The translations under genes were made by a program, and so were the position numbers. From IMG/VR virus record IMGVR_UViG_3300022758_000417: a stretch of DNA of 20,555 bases; one strand, written 5' to 3'. The notes under the pieces were generated by a model. It worked only from the letters and a program-made list of their open reading frames with translations, was not told the DNA's origin and did not search any database. The stretch comes from a virus. This document shows, piece after piece, positions 8,409 through 15,397 of the stretch (positions are counted from its first letter, which is position 1; each line of letters opens with the position of its first letter).

Positions 8409-9079
8409 GCAAGTACAGCTTGCAGCTTCGCTGGCTGGTCGAACAGACGCTTGCAAACGGCGGCTGGGACTTGCACGAGGACAACTGGAACAACGCCTAC
8501 GAGAAGCTGGGCTTGGCCGACTACCCGATCTTCGACGAAGCGTACCGAGAGACGCTGAACAACAAGATAATACGCCATTACTGGATGTACGAGATAGGTT
8601 CCGAAACCGCAGGTCTTTTCCGCTGGAACCTGCGCGACGCTATGTTCATGGTCATGCCGTACTACAACCAGATGTACCTGTCGGAGATCACGGCGAAGGG
8701 GATCCAGCCCCTCATCGACCACACGCGGACGATCACGGAGGACGCGACCGGCACCGCCTCCAACAACGCGAACACCAGCGCGACTTCGACCAGCAACGCG
8801 CAGGACATTTTCAGCGACACGCCTATGAGCGCGCTCAACTTCGACAACATCAAGGCGGGCAACTACGCGTCCACGGCGGACTTCACCGACGCTTCCACGA
8901 CGGATTCCGGCAAGTCGGATTCGAGCGGCAGCTACGACAACAAGCTGTCGCGCACGGAGACCGGGCACGACAAGGCGGAAGCCGAACTGCTCTTGATTTG
9001 GCGAGACACGTTCGTTAATATAGACCGTGACGTAGTGGAAGACAAAGCGCTGCGCGAATGCTTCATGACGATATGGTAA
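8405..9079 (+). CDS. Lower collar / tail tube protein candidate (by position, gp11-like).
   Basis: ATGA overlap with the connector stop. 224 aa with a Ser/Thr/Asn-rich linker. Assigned by synteny (connector, lower collar, appendage). I cannot verify sequence similarity from memory. Confidence 0.45.
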   Translation: MSKYSLQLRWLVEQTLANGGWDLHEDNWNNAYEKLGLADYPIFDEAYRETLNNKIIRHYWMYEIGSETAGLFRWNLRDAMFMVMPYYNQMYLSEITAKGIQPLIDHTRTITEDATGTASNNANTSATSTSNAQDIFSDTPMSALNFDNIKAGNYASTADFTDASTTDSGKSDSSGSYDNKLSRTETGHDKAEAELLLIWRDTFVNIDRDVVEDKALRECFMTIW

Positions 9080-9089
9080 GGAGGAGCGC

Positions 9090-9548
9090 ATGAACCAGCC
9101 GACACCGGATGTAGCGCCGTTTCGCTACTACGTGCAAATGGTTCTGCCGGCCGTCTACGGTGACGAGCTGAGCTATTACGAGGTGCTTGCCAAGGTGACC
9201 GAGAAGCTGAACGAGGTCATCGAGAATTTGAACAAACAGGGTCAGAACGTGAACGACCTGATGGTGTTCTACAACCAGCTGAAAGCGCAGGTGGACGCGC
9301 TTGAAAACGAGGTCGATGCTATCAAGAACGGCGAGTACGTGCATCTGTACCTGGATTCGATCATAAACTGGATCGACGCGAACCTGCAGTGCCTTGTGGC
9401 TAGGATCGTCAAGTTCGTGTGCTTCGGGCTTGGCGACGACGGCCATTTCAAGGCGTACATCCCCGCAACCTGGCAGTTCCTGCAGTTCGATACCGGAATG
9501 AACCCGGACGACTCGACCACGTACGGCCACCTCATCATCAAATGGTAA
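9090..9548 (+). CDS. Hypothetical structural protein of 152 aa. Possibly a neck or tail-fibre associated coiled-coil protein.
   Basis: RBS AAGGAGG then ATG at 9090. The central region looks like a heptad coiled coil (KLNEVIENLNKQGQNVNDLMVFYNQLKAQVDALENEVDAIKN). Lies between the collar and the tail fibre. Confidence 0.55.
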   Translation: MNQPTPDVAPFRYYVQMVLPAVYGDELSYYEVLAKVTEKLNEVIENLNKQGQNVNDLMVFYNQLKAQVDALENEVDAIKNGEYVHLYLDSIINWIDANLQCLVARIVKFVCFGLGDDGHFKAYIPATWQFLQFDTGMNPDDSTTYGHLIIKW

Positions 9549-9559
9549 AGGAGAAGAAC

Positions 9560-11038
9560 ATGGCAGAATCCACGAAGAACATGACGGTGGGCGCGGGAAG
9601 CGCGAGCGCGAGCGTCACCGCCACCGTGACCGACCAGATGCCGGGCGTTCCCTGCCCGACGACTCCGGGTTACACCTACACCGGCATGCGCTACGTGCCG
9701 GTGTTCGCAGACCCTCCGGAGTGGTCTAGCGCGAACAGCTACGAGCCGCTGGAGATCGTGATCCACGAGGGAAATTCCTACACGTCCAAGACGTTCGTTC
9801 CCGTCGGCATCGACATCTCGAATTCCACTTATTGGGCGCTGACCGGCAATTACAACGCCCAGGTCGAACAGTACCGCCAGCAGGTGCAGCAGTTCGACGG
9901 CCGGATCACGAAGAACACGGAGGACATAGCGGTCAATACCGCCGATATAGCGAATCTTTCCGAGAAAACGTCTATGTTGGCGCATTCGAAGGACTTCAAA
10001 GGCTCCAATATCCTGTATGTGACCGATTCATGGGGCGTTAACACGACAGGAGTCACCAAGCCGTATGTGAACAGCCTCGGAGACATTCTAGGGGCTAACC
10101 TGACGAGCCTCTCGGTGGGAAGCACCGGATATATATCCGGCGGCACGAACAACTTCGTCAACCGGTTGAAAGCATGGGCGGATGCCAATCCCGGCAAAAC
10201 CGGGGATATCGATTATGTGATGGTTTGCGGGTCGTCGAACGACTATCCTCACACTACCAGCGAGATCGCCGCCGCAGTCAACCAATTCGTTTCATACGCT
10301 CTTTCCGCCTTCCCCAACGCTCAAGTGGTGGTTATCCCCCAGTTCGCGTCCAATAAGCCGGCATACGCATCGGTGGATACCGCGGACGACAACCTATGGC
10401 GGAAAGTCAATGCGGCTGCGACGGTGGCGTACTACAATAATCTTTGGCATAGGACTCGCTTCATCCCTAATACCTTTTACGCGTTGGCGTTCACGCCCGC
10501 GTCGTTCATGTCCTCCGATAACATCCATCTCACGCAATCAGGGCATAATTACCTGGCCAAATGGCTTTCGGAGGCGTTGTTGGGGGTGAGCAATTCATCT
10601 AACATCACCTACACCCTTCCCCAAGAGACCACGTTCACGACGCATGATAACTCCGGTGCGGTCGTGGAAACGATAACGACTACCACGTCGGTTTCCGTCA
10701 CCCTTTCGATCGTGAACGGCGTATTGTGCGGTTCGGTGTCTTTCGGGTTCCAACCGACTAAACCCGCGGTTTCCATCAGGATGAACACACCGGCGTTCGT
10801 GCTGCTCAACACCCAGGTTGGTTCTTCATGGGGGACGGTGGTGTCGGTGGGGGTCGACAATGCGTTCAATCGATCTAGCATTCGCTTCGGAGATATGAAG
10901 GGGAAGACGTTGCCCGCTAGCGGCGCGAACGCATGGATCGAGTTCGGAGCTTTGACCCCTTACATGAAAAGCGGCAACACGTTGATAGTATCGGCCAACA
11001 TTTCCATTCCCGTTTCCTACTTCGTGATGGGCAACTGA
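9560..11038 (+). CDS. Tail fibre / appendage (receptor-binding) protein with an SGNH (GDSL) hydrolase domain.
   Basis: RBS AAGGAGAAG then ATG at 9560. The ORF-track start at 9419 lies inside the upstream gene. The N-terminal anchor motif TGMRYVPVFADPPEWSSANSYEPLEIVIHEGNSYTSKTFVPVGIDISNSTYWALTGNYNAQVEQY is the widespread phage tail-fibre N-terminal motif. A coiled-coil neck follows. SGNH blocks are present: I ILYVTDSWG, III VMVCGSSNDY, V DNIHLTQSGHNYLA. Confidence 0.75.
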   Translation: MAESTKNMTVGAGSASASVTATVTDQMPGVPCPTTPGYTYTGMRYVPVFADPPEWSSANSYEPLEIVIHEGNSYTSKTFVPVGIDISNSTYWALTGNYNAQVEQYRQQVQQFDGRITKNTEDIAVNTADIANLSEKTSMLAHSKDFKGSNILYVTDSWGVNTTGVTKPYVNSLGDILGANLTSLSVGSTGYISGGTNNFVNRLKAWADANPGKTGDIDYVMVCGSSNDYPHTTSEIAAAVNQFVSYALSAFPNAQVVVIPQFASNKPAYASVDTADDNLWRKVNAAATVAYYNNLWHRTRFIPNTFYALAFTPASFMSSDNIHLTQSGHNYLAKWLSEALLGVSNSSNITYTLPQETTFTTHDNSGAVVETITTTTSVSVTLSIVNGVLCGSVSFGFQPTKPAVSIRMNTPAFVLLNTQVGSSWGTVVSVGVDNAFNRSSIRFGDMKGKTLPASGANAWIEFGALTPYMKSGNTLIVSANISIPVSYFVMGN

Positions 11039-11403
11039 TGGCGACCGAACCGACAGGCGGGGGGAACCCCAACTTCTTCAAGACCTTCAAGGGGGCGTAC
11101 GTCCACGCCCCCTCCCCCGAAGCTATGTTCACCAGCGAGCGGGTCATGCTTTCCTGCGTGAACGACGTGCAGTTCCAAGGCGATTGCATGATCATGAACT
11201 ACACGCCGGGCGCGACGCTCACGACGCTGCCTCCGGAATGCCGCCCCTCTACCGAAGTGCGGATTCCCGTGATCGTCGATACTAACGTGGACGTGCTTTC
11301 GATTCAGACGAACGGGGCGGTTTCCCTGCATGCGTCCACCGACGGCATGGTTTATCTCGCGGGGGCTTCGTTCAACATAAGCGCCAATTGGTATTCTAAC
11401 TAG
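11038..11403 (+). CDS. Hypothetical protein of 121 aa. Could be a tail-fibre tip or assembly partner.
   Basis: ATGA overlap with the fibre-gene stop (tga at 11036-38, atg at 11038-40). Gly/Thr/Asn-rich and looks beta-rich. No homolog recognised. Confidence 0.5.
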   Translation: MATEPTGGGNPNFFKTFKGAYVHAPSPEAMFTSERVMLSCVNDVQFQGDCMIMNYTPGATLTTLPPECRPSTEVRIPVIVDTNVDVLSIQTNGAVSLHASTDGMVYLAGASFNISANWYSN

Positions 11404-11415
11404 GAGGAATCAAAC

Positions 11416-11595
11416 ATGGATGTTAACGATGTTGTCACTCTTATCGGTAGTCTGGGCTTCCCTATTGTAGCTTGCGTGGGCATGTTTTACCTGTACAATC
11501 GTACTCTTAAGGACTTTACTAGCACACTTAACGACATTGCGAGCGAGATTAAGGAGATACGGGAAGAACTTAAAGAGCTGATCAAGAATGCTTAG
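11416..11595 (+). CDS. Holin-like small membrane protein (59 aa, one transmembrane segment).
   Basis: Too short for the ORF track. RBS AGGAGGAA, spacer of 6, ATG at 11416. Translation MDVNDVVTLIGSLGFPIVACVGMFYLYNRTLKDFTSTLNDIASEIKEIREELKELIKNA has a hydrophobic core and a charged C-tail. Overlaps the endolysin start by 8 nt. Clearly AT-richer than its neighbours. Confidence 0.55.
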   Translation: MDVNDVVTLIGSLGFPIVACVGMFYLYNRTLKDFTSTLNDIASEIKEIREELKELIKNA

Positions 11596-12262
11596 GGGCA
11601 TCGACATATCCAACTGGCAAGCCGGGTTGGATGCGGATAGCGTGTTCCCGAACGTCGACTTCGTCATCTGCAAGGCGACGGAAGGGGTCGGGTTCGTCGA
11701 CGGCTATTGCGACAGCTGGGTGCAATGGTGCCGCGCTCACGGAAAGCCCTGGGGATTCTACCACTTCGCGAACTCCAACGATCCCGTGAAAGAGGCTGTC
11801 CATTTCATAGACAACACCTCTAACTACTTCGGCGAAGGTATTCCGGTGCTTGACTGGGAGGGCGACCAATCGGTTGACTGGGTCAACGAGTTCGTGAAGA
11901 TCGTCCACGACCAGACCGGCATCTGGCCATGGATCTACGCCAACCCCTGGCGCTTCAACCAGGGAGGCGTGGAGCCTGACTGCATGCGATGGATCGCGAG
12001 CTACCCGGACGTGCTGCGCCCGGGACTCGACTACGACCCCGGCGAGCCTCCGGAGACGGACGGGCTTGTGGGGTGCTGGCAGTACGCGTCGGACGGCCAG
12101 GTGCCCGGATACGCGGGCAACCTGGACGTGAATCACTTCTTCGGAAGCGTCGGCGCGTGGATGGCTTACGCGGGTGTCCCGTCTTCGGGACAACCTGACC
12201 CGTCGCCTTCGCAGTCTGTTTTGGAGAACGATAGATTCCGCGTGACAATTCAAGAGAAGTAA
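11588..12262 (+). CDS. Endolysin, GH25 muramidase (lysozyme).
   Basis: N-terminus MLRGIDISNWQAGLD...VDFVICKATEGVGFVDGY...WGFYHFAN is the classic GH25 (Cpl-1-type) signature. Stop TAA at 12260-12262. Confidence 0.85.
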   Translation: MLRGIDISNWQAGLDADSVFPNVDFVICKATEGVGFVDGYCDSWVQWCRAHGKPWGFYHFANSNDPVKEAVHFIDNTSNYFGEGIPVLDWEGDQSVDWVNEFVKIVHDQTGIWPWIYANPWRFNQGGVEPDCMRWIASYPDVLRPGLDYDPGEPPETDGLVGCWQYASDGQVPGYAGNLDVNHFFGSVGAWMAYAGVPSSGQPDPSPSQSVLENDRFRVTIQEK

Positions 12263-12452
12263 TGTATGATGGTCATGCGCCGGAAAGCAAGCTATCTTCT
12301 GCGTCTGTGGGGCACCCGGTGAAACGGGCACGGGCGCATACGGAGACAAGCCCCCTCTGTGATAGTCTTTTCGGTTAGCGCCCTTTGACTTAGCCCCTGT
12401 CGCTTGGACATCCATGATGGCAGGGGCTTCCAAGTTCAAGGGATGATAAGTC
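12263..12452 (+). ncRNA. Candidate structured RNA (possible packaging pRNA) in the 202-nt non-coding gap upstream of the packaging ATPase.
   Basis: This is the longest non-coding gap in an otherwise tightly packed module. Complementary segments: atgcgcc 12275-81 with ggcgcat 12333-39, enclosing hairpin cccg-gtgaaa-cggg 12316-29. agcccctg 12392-99 pairs with caggggct 12421-28. tgactta 12386-92 pairs with taagtca 12446-52. All phi29-like phages need a pRNA. The call is speculative. Confidence 0.25.
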
Positions 12453-12463
12453 AAAGGAGGAAC

Positions 12464-13168
12464 GTGGCTAAATACTGGGACATATCGAAAACTCTTTCTT
12501 ATAATTGCCTCTTCAATTTCATCTACGGAATCCGAGGCGCGGGCAAGACCTACACGGGACTCCAGCACTACGTCAAGCGCTACCTGCGCACGGGGCGGCG
12601 CTTCATGTACCTGCGGCGCACGGAGGAGGAGCTGAAGAACCTCACCACGCGCAAAGACGGTCGTCTGTTCAACCATGTGCAAGTCGAGTTCCCAGGTCAC
12701 GCCCTGTGGGCAGAATCGAACATCCTGCATATCGACAAGGAGATATGCGGCTACGCGCAAGCGCTGTCAACGGCGCGCAAGCTCAAGTCCGATGCGCTGG
12801 ACAACGTGGACACTATCCTGTTCGACGAGTTCGTCATCGACAAGGGTTTCCAAACGTACCTTCCCGACGAGGTGACGGCGTTCTTGGAGCTTTACGAAAC
12901 CATCGCGCGCCCAGGCTCTAGAGACTACGACGTGACGTGCATGTTCTGGGGAAACGCTGTATCTAGCGCGAACCCATACATGGATTACTTCGGCCTCGAG
13001 CTTCCTTACAAAACCGACGTTTGGAGGCGCGGCGAGTTTTTTGACGCAGATGGTGGCACCTCCCGAACTGGTCGAGGCGAAGAAGGGAACGCGTTTCTAC
13101 AAGGCCATCGAGGGCAGCTCGTATGCTGCGTACGCCGCCGAGAACAAGTGGCTTCGCGACAACCCTAA
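12464..13168 (+). CDS. DNA packaging ATPase (phi29 gp16-like), N-terminal part. The reading frame breaks at a T6 run at 13037-13042.
   Basis: RBS AAAGGAGG at 12453-60, GTG at 12464. The alternative ATG at 12443 lacks an RBS. LSYNCLFNFIYGIRGAGKTYTG (Walker A) matches gp16 (LSYDRILNFVIGARGIGKSYAM). RFMYLRRTEEEL matches QFIYVRRYKPEL. LDNVDTILFDEFVIDKGFQTYLPDEVTAFLELYETIARP (Walker B) matches YPNVSTIVFDEFIREKDNSNYIPNEVSALLNLMDTVFRN. Similarity continues in another frame after about 13040. Confidence 0.8.
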   Translation: MAKYWDISKTLSYNCLFNFIYGIRGAGKTYTGLQHYVKRYLRTGRRFMYLRRTEEELKNLTTRKDGRLFNHVQVEFPGHALWAESNILHIDKEICGYAQALSTARKLKSDALDNVDTILFDEFVIDKGFQTYLPDEVTAFLELYETIARPGSRDYDVTCMFWGNAVSSANPYMDYFGLELPYKTDVWRRGEFFDADGGTSRTGRGEEGNAFLQGHRGQLVCCVRRREQVASRQP

Positions 13169-13475
13169 GTTCATCGCGAGGAAGGGCAAGAATGCCGAAT
13201 ACCAGTTCACGCTCCTTTACTACGACGATGCTATCGGCATATGGCGCGACAACCGAAACGGTTGCTATTACGTATCGGAAGACGTTGACCGCCAATGCCG
13301 CCACGTGTTCGCCGCCACGACGGAAGACCATGAGCCGAACACTCTGCTGCTCAAAGGTTTCAAATCCTCGCCCCATCTGGCTAACTTGAAGAAGGCTTAC
13401 GACATGGGGTGCGTGCGGTACGAGTCCATGAAGCTCAACAACTGGTTTCGGGATATAGTTAGGATGGGATTATGA
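13041..13475 (+). CDS. DNA packaging ATPase, C-terminal part, in the +1 frame relative to the N-terminal part.
   Basis: PPELVEAKKGTRFYKAIEGSSY...KNAEYQFTLLYYDDAIGIWRDNRNGCYYVSED...NTLLLKGFKSSPHLANLKKAYDMGCVRYESMKLNNWFRDIV aligns with the gp16 C-terminus (SLDFSSERRKTRFGRLIDGTEYG...KFVFSIVYNGFTLGVWVDVNQGLMYIDT...NMMLITNYKNNYHLRKLASAFMNGYLRFDNQVIRNIAYELF). This frame is open from 12936. The first in-frame ATG is at 13050. Confidence 0.7.
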   Translation: MTQMVAPPELVEAKKGTRFYKAIEGSSYAAYAAENKWLRDNPKFIARKGKNAEYQFTLLYYDDAIGIWRDNRNGCYYVSEDVDRQCRHVFAATTEDHEPNTLLLKGFKSSPHLANLKKAYDMGCVRYESMKLNNWFRDIVRMGL

Positions 13476-13476
13476 T
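13455..13476 (+). repeat. Direct repeat DR1, AT[A/C]GTTAGGATGGGATT[A/G]TGAT, at the 3' end of the ATPase gene.
   Basis: 22 nt matching 13786-13807 with 2 mismatches. The core GTTAGGATGGGATT is identical in both. Each copy encodes ...VRMGL*, followed by an overlapping ATG. Confidence 0.8.
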
Positions 13477-13720
13477 CATCACGACTAAGAATGGCGACAT
13501 GGTAGATACAGTGCAGATTATCGAAGAAAACGTATATACCATAGATGATGTTAAATACGCGGTGGAAACTGACATGTATATTGCTGCAACGGTTCAGATA
13601 CGAATTTGCGATACTGGAAAGAAACAGCTGGAAGTTTCCGACCCGGAAATTGGCAAAGAAGCGCAGTACCATCTACGACAGTTCATCAAGTGCATGAAGA
13701 AGTTGGGAAGGTATTACTGA
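13472..13720 (+). CDS. Hypothetical 82-aa acidic protein in an AT-rich insert (a moron; possible anti-defence or host-takeover gene).
   Basis: ATGA overlap with the ATPase stop. GC is about 40% by hand count over the first 60 nt, against about 60% in the flanks. Bracketed by direct repeats at 13455-76 and 13786-807. Confidence 0.55.
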   Translation: MIITTKNGDMVDTVQIIEENVYTIDDVKYAVETDMYIAATVQIRICDTGKKQLEVSDPEIGKEAQYHLRQFIKCMKKLGRYY

Positions 13721-13806
13721 TGGCTGAACCTGTTATCATCAACGCGACCAAGCAAGGCGGCGTTGAGAACGCTTACGTAGGAACCATCGTTAGGATGGGA
13801 TTGTGA
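13720..13806 (+). CDS. 28-aa ORF (MAEPVIINATKQGGVENAYVGTIVRMGL). It duplicates an internal segment of the downstream hydrolase and is probably a recombination remnant rather than a gene.
   Basis: ATGA overlaps at both ends. 66 nt resemble 14282-14347 of the next gene, which encodes VIIISATKKGGVENAYIGTI. It ends in the DR2 copy of ...IVRMGL*. Confidence 0.3.
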   Translation: MAEPVIINATKQGGVENAYVGTIVRMGL

Positions 13807-13807
13807 T
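13786..13807 (+). repeat. Direct repeat DR2, partner of 13455-13476.
   Basis: See DR1. The spacing between the cores is 331 nt. Confidence 0.8.
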
Positions 13808-14978
13808 GGCGCGGGAGATAGTGCCGCAGCTGGGCGGTAGAAATTGCGTTTACACCTATATGGGCTGGTCGCTGATAACCGCGCCCGATTCGCTACAGTA
13901 CAAGCTTCGGGCGGATGCGGGTGAGAACTATGATGCAGAGGGATTCGCCATCATAGAAGGAAGATACGTGATAGCGTGCACCGAGGCGTTCGGGGGTGTC
14001 GGAGACTACGTGGATTTCCAGCTGGACACGGGGTTGATATTGAATTGCATCATCGGAGACGTTAAATCGTCGGGAGACCCTAATTACAGCGAATGGGGGC
14101 ATCTTTACCCGCCGAATTCGATTAGCGTGATAGAATCGGTTGTGGAGTACTCGAAATGGTATCCTAGTCATGCTAACCCCGGAACGCCGGGATGCAAGCC
14201 GGAATGGGCTGGAAACGTCGTTCTCGCGTTGAACTACGGAAACTACTGGGAAATAGATCCGCCGGGAGGAATCGATATGGCGAGCGTGATCATAATCAGC
14301 GCCACTAAGAAAGGCGGCGTTGAGAACGCCTACATTGGGACTATAGGCAACGACGGCTACATCTACTTCAACGATATAGACTTCTACAGATTCAAGAATG
14401 TCGGCACGTGGGAAGACAACGTATACGTTCTGAACCGCACTCGTCGCTCTTGGACGAAGACGACGATGTTCACGAAGATCAGCGCGCAGAATCTGAACTC
14501 AGGCTCCGGCAGCGTGGCACCCGGAGGATCGGGCGTGGAGGGCGCGTGCCTGTGGGCAGTGGGAATCGCCGACGACAACAGCCATGGCTACGACCAGCCG
14601 ACGCGGGACGGCGGCGTGGACTTCGACTGCTCCAGCCTGGTGTCATGGGCTTTCCGCGAGAACGGATGGGACGTTCCGTTCCCGTCGCCTTCGACCTACA
14701 ACATGTCAAGCGTGTTCACGGGGTTAGGGTTCAAACGGTACAACGGAAACCCCGCCGCGTCGGACTTGGTGCGCGGTGATATCGTTCTGTTCGAGGGCGA
14801 CATATCGGCGGGAACCGGGCACGTGGAGCTGTACCTCGGAAACGGGATGCTCGTGGGCGCTCATATCAACGAGTTCGGGGGCGTGGCCGGAGGACAGCCC
14901 GGCGACCAGACCGGTAACGAGATATCGACCGGCGGGTATTATAGGAGCTGGAACTGCTGGCTCAGATGGGAGGGTTAG
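13806..14978 (+). CDS. Tail-associated peptidoglycan hydrolase (a gp13 functional analogue). It has a C-terminal NlpC/P60-type cysteine peptidase domain and an N-terminal second putative lytic domain.
   Basis: ATG at 13806 (GTG at 13803 is also in frame). The C-terminus has GVDFDCSSLVSWAF (catalytic Cys), DLVRGDIVLFE and GHVELYLGNGMLVGAHINE (catalytic His), which is the typical NlpC/P60 layout. The N-terminal YVIACTEAFGGVGDYVDFQLDTG...CIIGDVK segment is of unknown type. Confidence 0.7.
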   Translation: MAREIVPQLGGRNCVYTYMGWSLITAPDSLQYKLRADAGENYDAEGFAIIEGRYVIACTEAFGGVGDYVDFQLDTGLILNCIIGDVKSSGDPNYSEWGHLYPPNSISVIESVVEYSKWYPSHANPGTPGCKPEWAGNVVLALNYGNYWEIDPPGGIDMASVIIISATKKGGVENAYIGTIGNDGYIYFNDIDFYRFKNVGTWEDNVYVLNRTRRSWTKTTMFTKISAQNLNSGSGSVAPGGSGVEGACLWAVGIADDNSHGYDQPTRDGGVDFDCSSLVSWAFRENGWDVPFPSPSTYNMSSVFTGLGFKRYNGNPAASDLVRGDIVLFEGDISAGTGHVELYLGNGMLVGAHINEFGGVAGGQPGDQTGNEISTGGYYRSWNCWLRWEG

Positions 14979-14979
14979 G

Positions 14980-15060
14980 ATGCTGTCGCATTATATTGCA
15001 CTTGTAGTGGGCACTATGTTAGGTATCGCTATTATGTGTCTGGTGAGCGGTAATAAATGA
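14980..15060 (+). CDS. Tiny hydrophobic peptide (26 aa, MLSHYIALVVGTMLGIAIMCLVSGNK).
   Basis: SD-like GGGAGGG overlaps the upstream stop, then ATG at 14980. A single predicted transmembrane helix. Its stop TGA is the first half of the TGAAC-N3-GTTCA palindrome. Confidence 0.35.
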   Translation: MLSHYIALVVGTMLGIAIMCLVSGNK

Positions 15061-15076
15061 ACGTTGTTCATTAATT
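15058..15076 (+). promoter_or_regulatory. Palindromic operator-like site TGAACgttGTTCA followed by TTAATT (copy 1).
   Basis: Perfect 5+5 inverted repeat with a 3-nt spacer. Repeated at 15398-15416 with an 18/19-nt match. Confidence 0.5.
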
Positions 15077-15158
15077 CGAATTATCGCAAAAATTATCACT
15101 TGCTTGTTCTATAATACAGTTGTAGGGATAAGTCGAAGGGTGAATGGAGGAATTGACA

Positions 15159-15307
15159 TGTTTCTAGGGCTTCCGGGATTTGCGTGGTTCGTGATCGGCG
15201 TTATAGTTGTGGCAGTGCTGGTTACCGTGGCGAATTGGTATATCATGTACTGCGTGTTCGACTGGGCAGTGCATCATGTGAAGCATGTTTGGTTGGATGA
15301 AGACTGA
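15159..15307 (+). CDS. Small membrane protein (49 aa, MFLGLPGFAWFVIGVIVVAVLVTVANWYIMYCVFDWAVHHVKHVWLDED).
   Basis: SD GGAGG, spacer of 7, ATG at 15159. The ORF-track start at 15104 lacks an RBS. One transmembrane helix and an acidic C-terminus. TATAAT lies at 15110-15115 upstream. Confidence 0.5.
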
Positions 15308-15397
15308 ATGAAGATGCATGAGGAACAAGTAACAGCGTGTCTGATTATGGCGGTCATCTTGGCCGCCTTACTCATTGTCAAACTGAGCGTGCATTGA
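15308..15397 (+). CDS. Tiny hydrophobic peptide (29 aa, MKMHEEQVTACLIMAVILAALLIVKLSVH). Low confidence.
   Basis: ATG directly after the upstream stop. No clear SD. The stop is followed immediately by the second TGAAC-N3-GTTCA-TTAATT site. Same peptide-plus-palindrome arrangement as 14980-15076. Confidence 0.25.
   Translation: MKMHEEQVTACLIMAVILAALLIVKLSVH

Noticed and set aside
15071-15082. tRNA T-loop-like ttcgaat string.
   Set aside because: No flanking GG/CC or acceptor/anticodon stems could be built. No tRNA is evident anywhere in the window.
15100-15115. TTGCTT...TATAAT promoter-like pair upstream of the 49-aa membrane protein.
   Set aside because: The spacer is only 4 nt, so it is not a canonical -35/-10 pair. 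Only the TATAAT at 15110-15115 might act as a -10.
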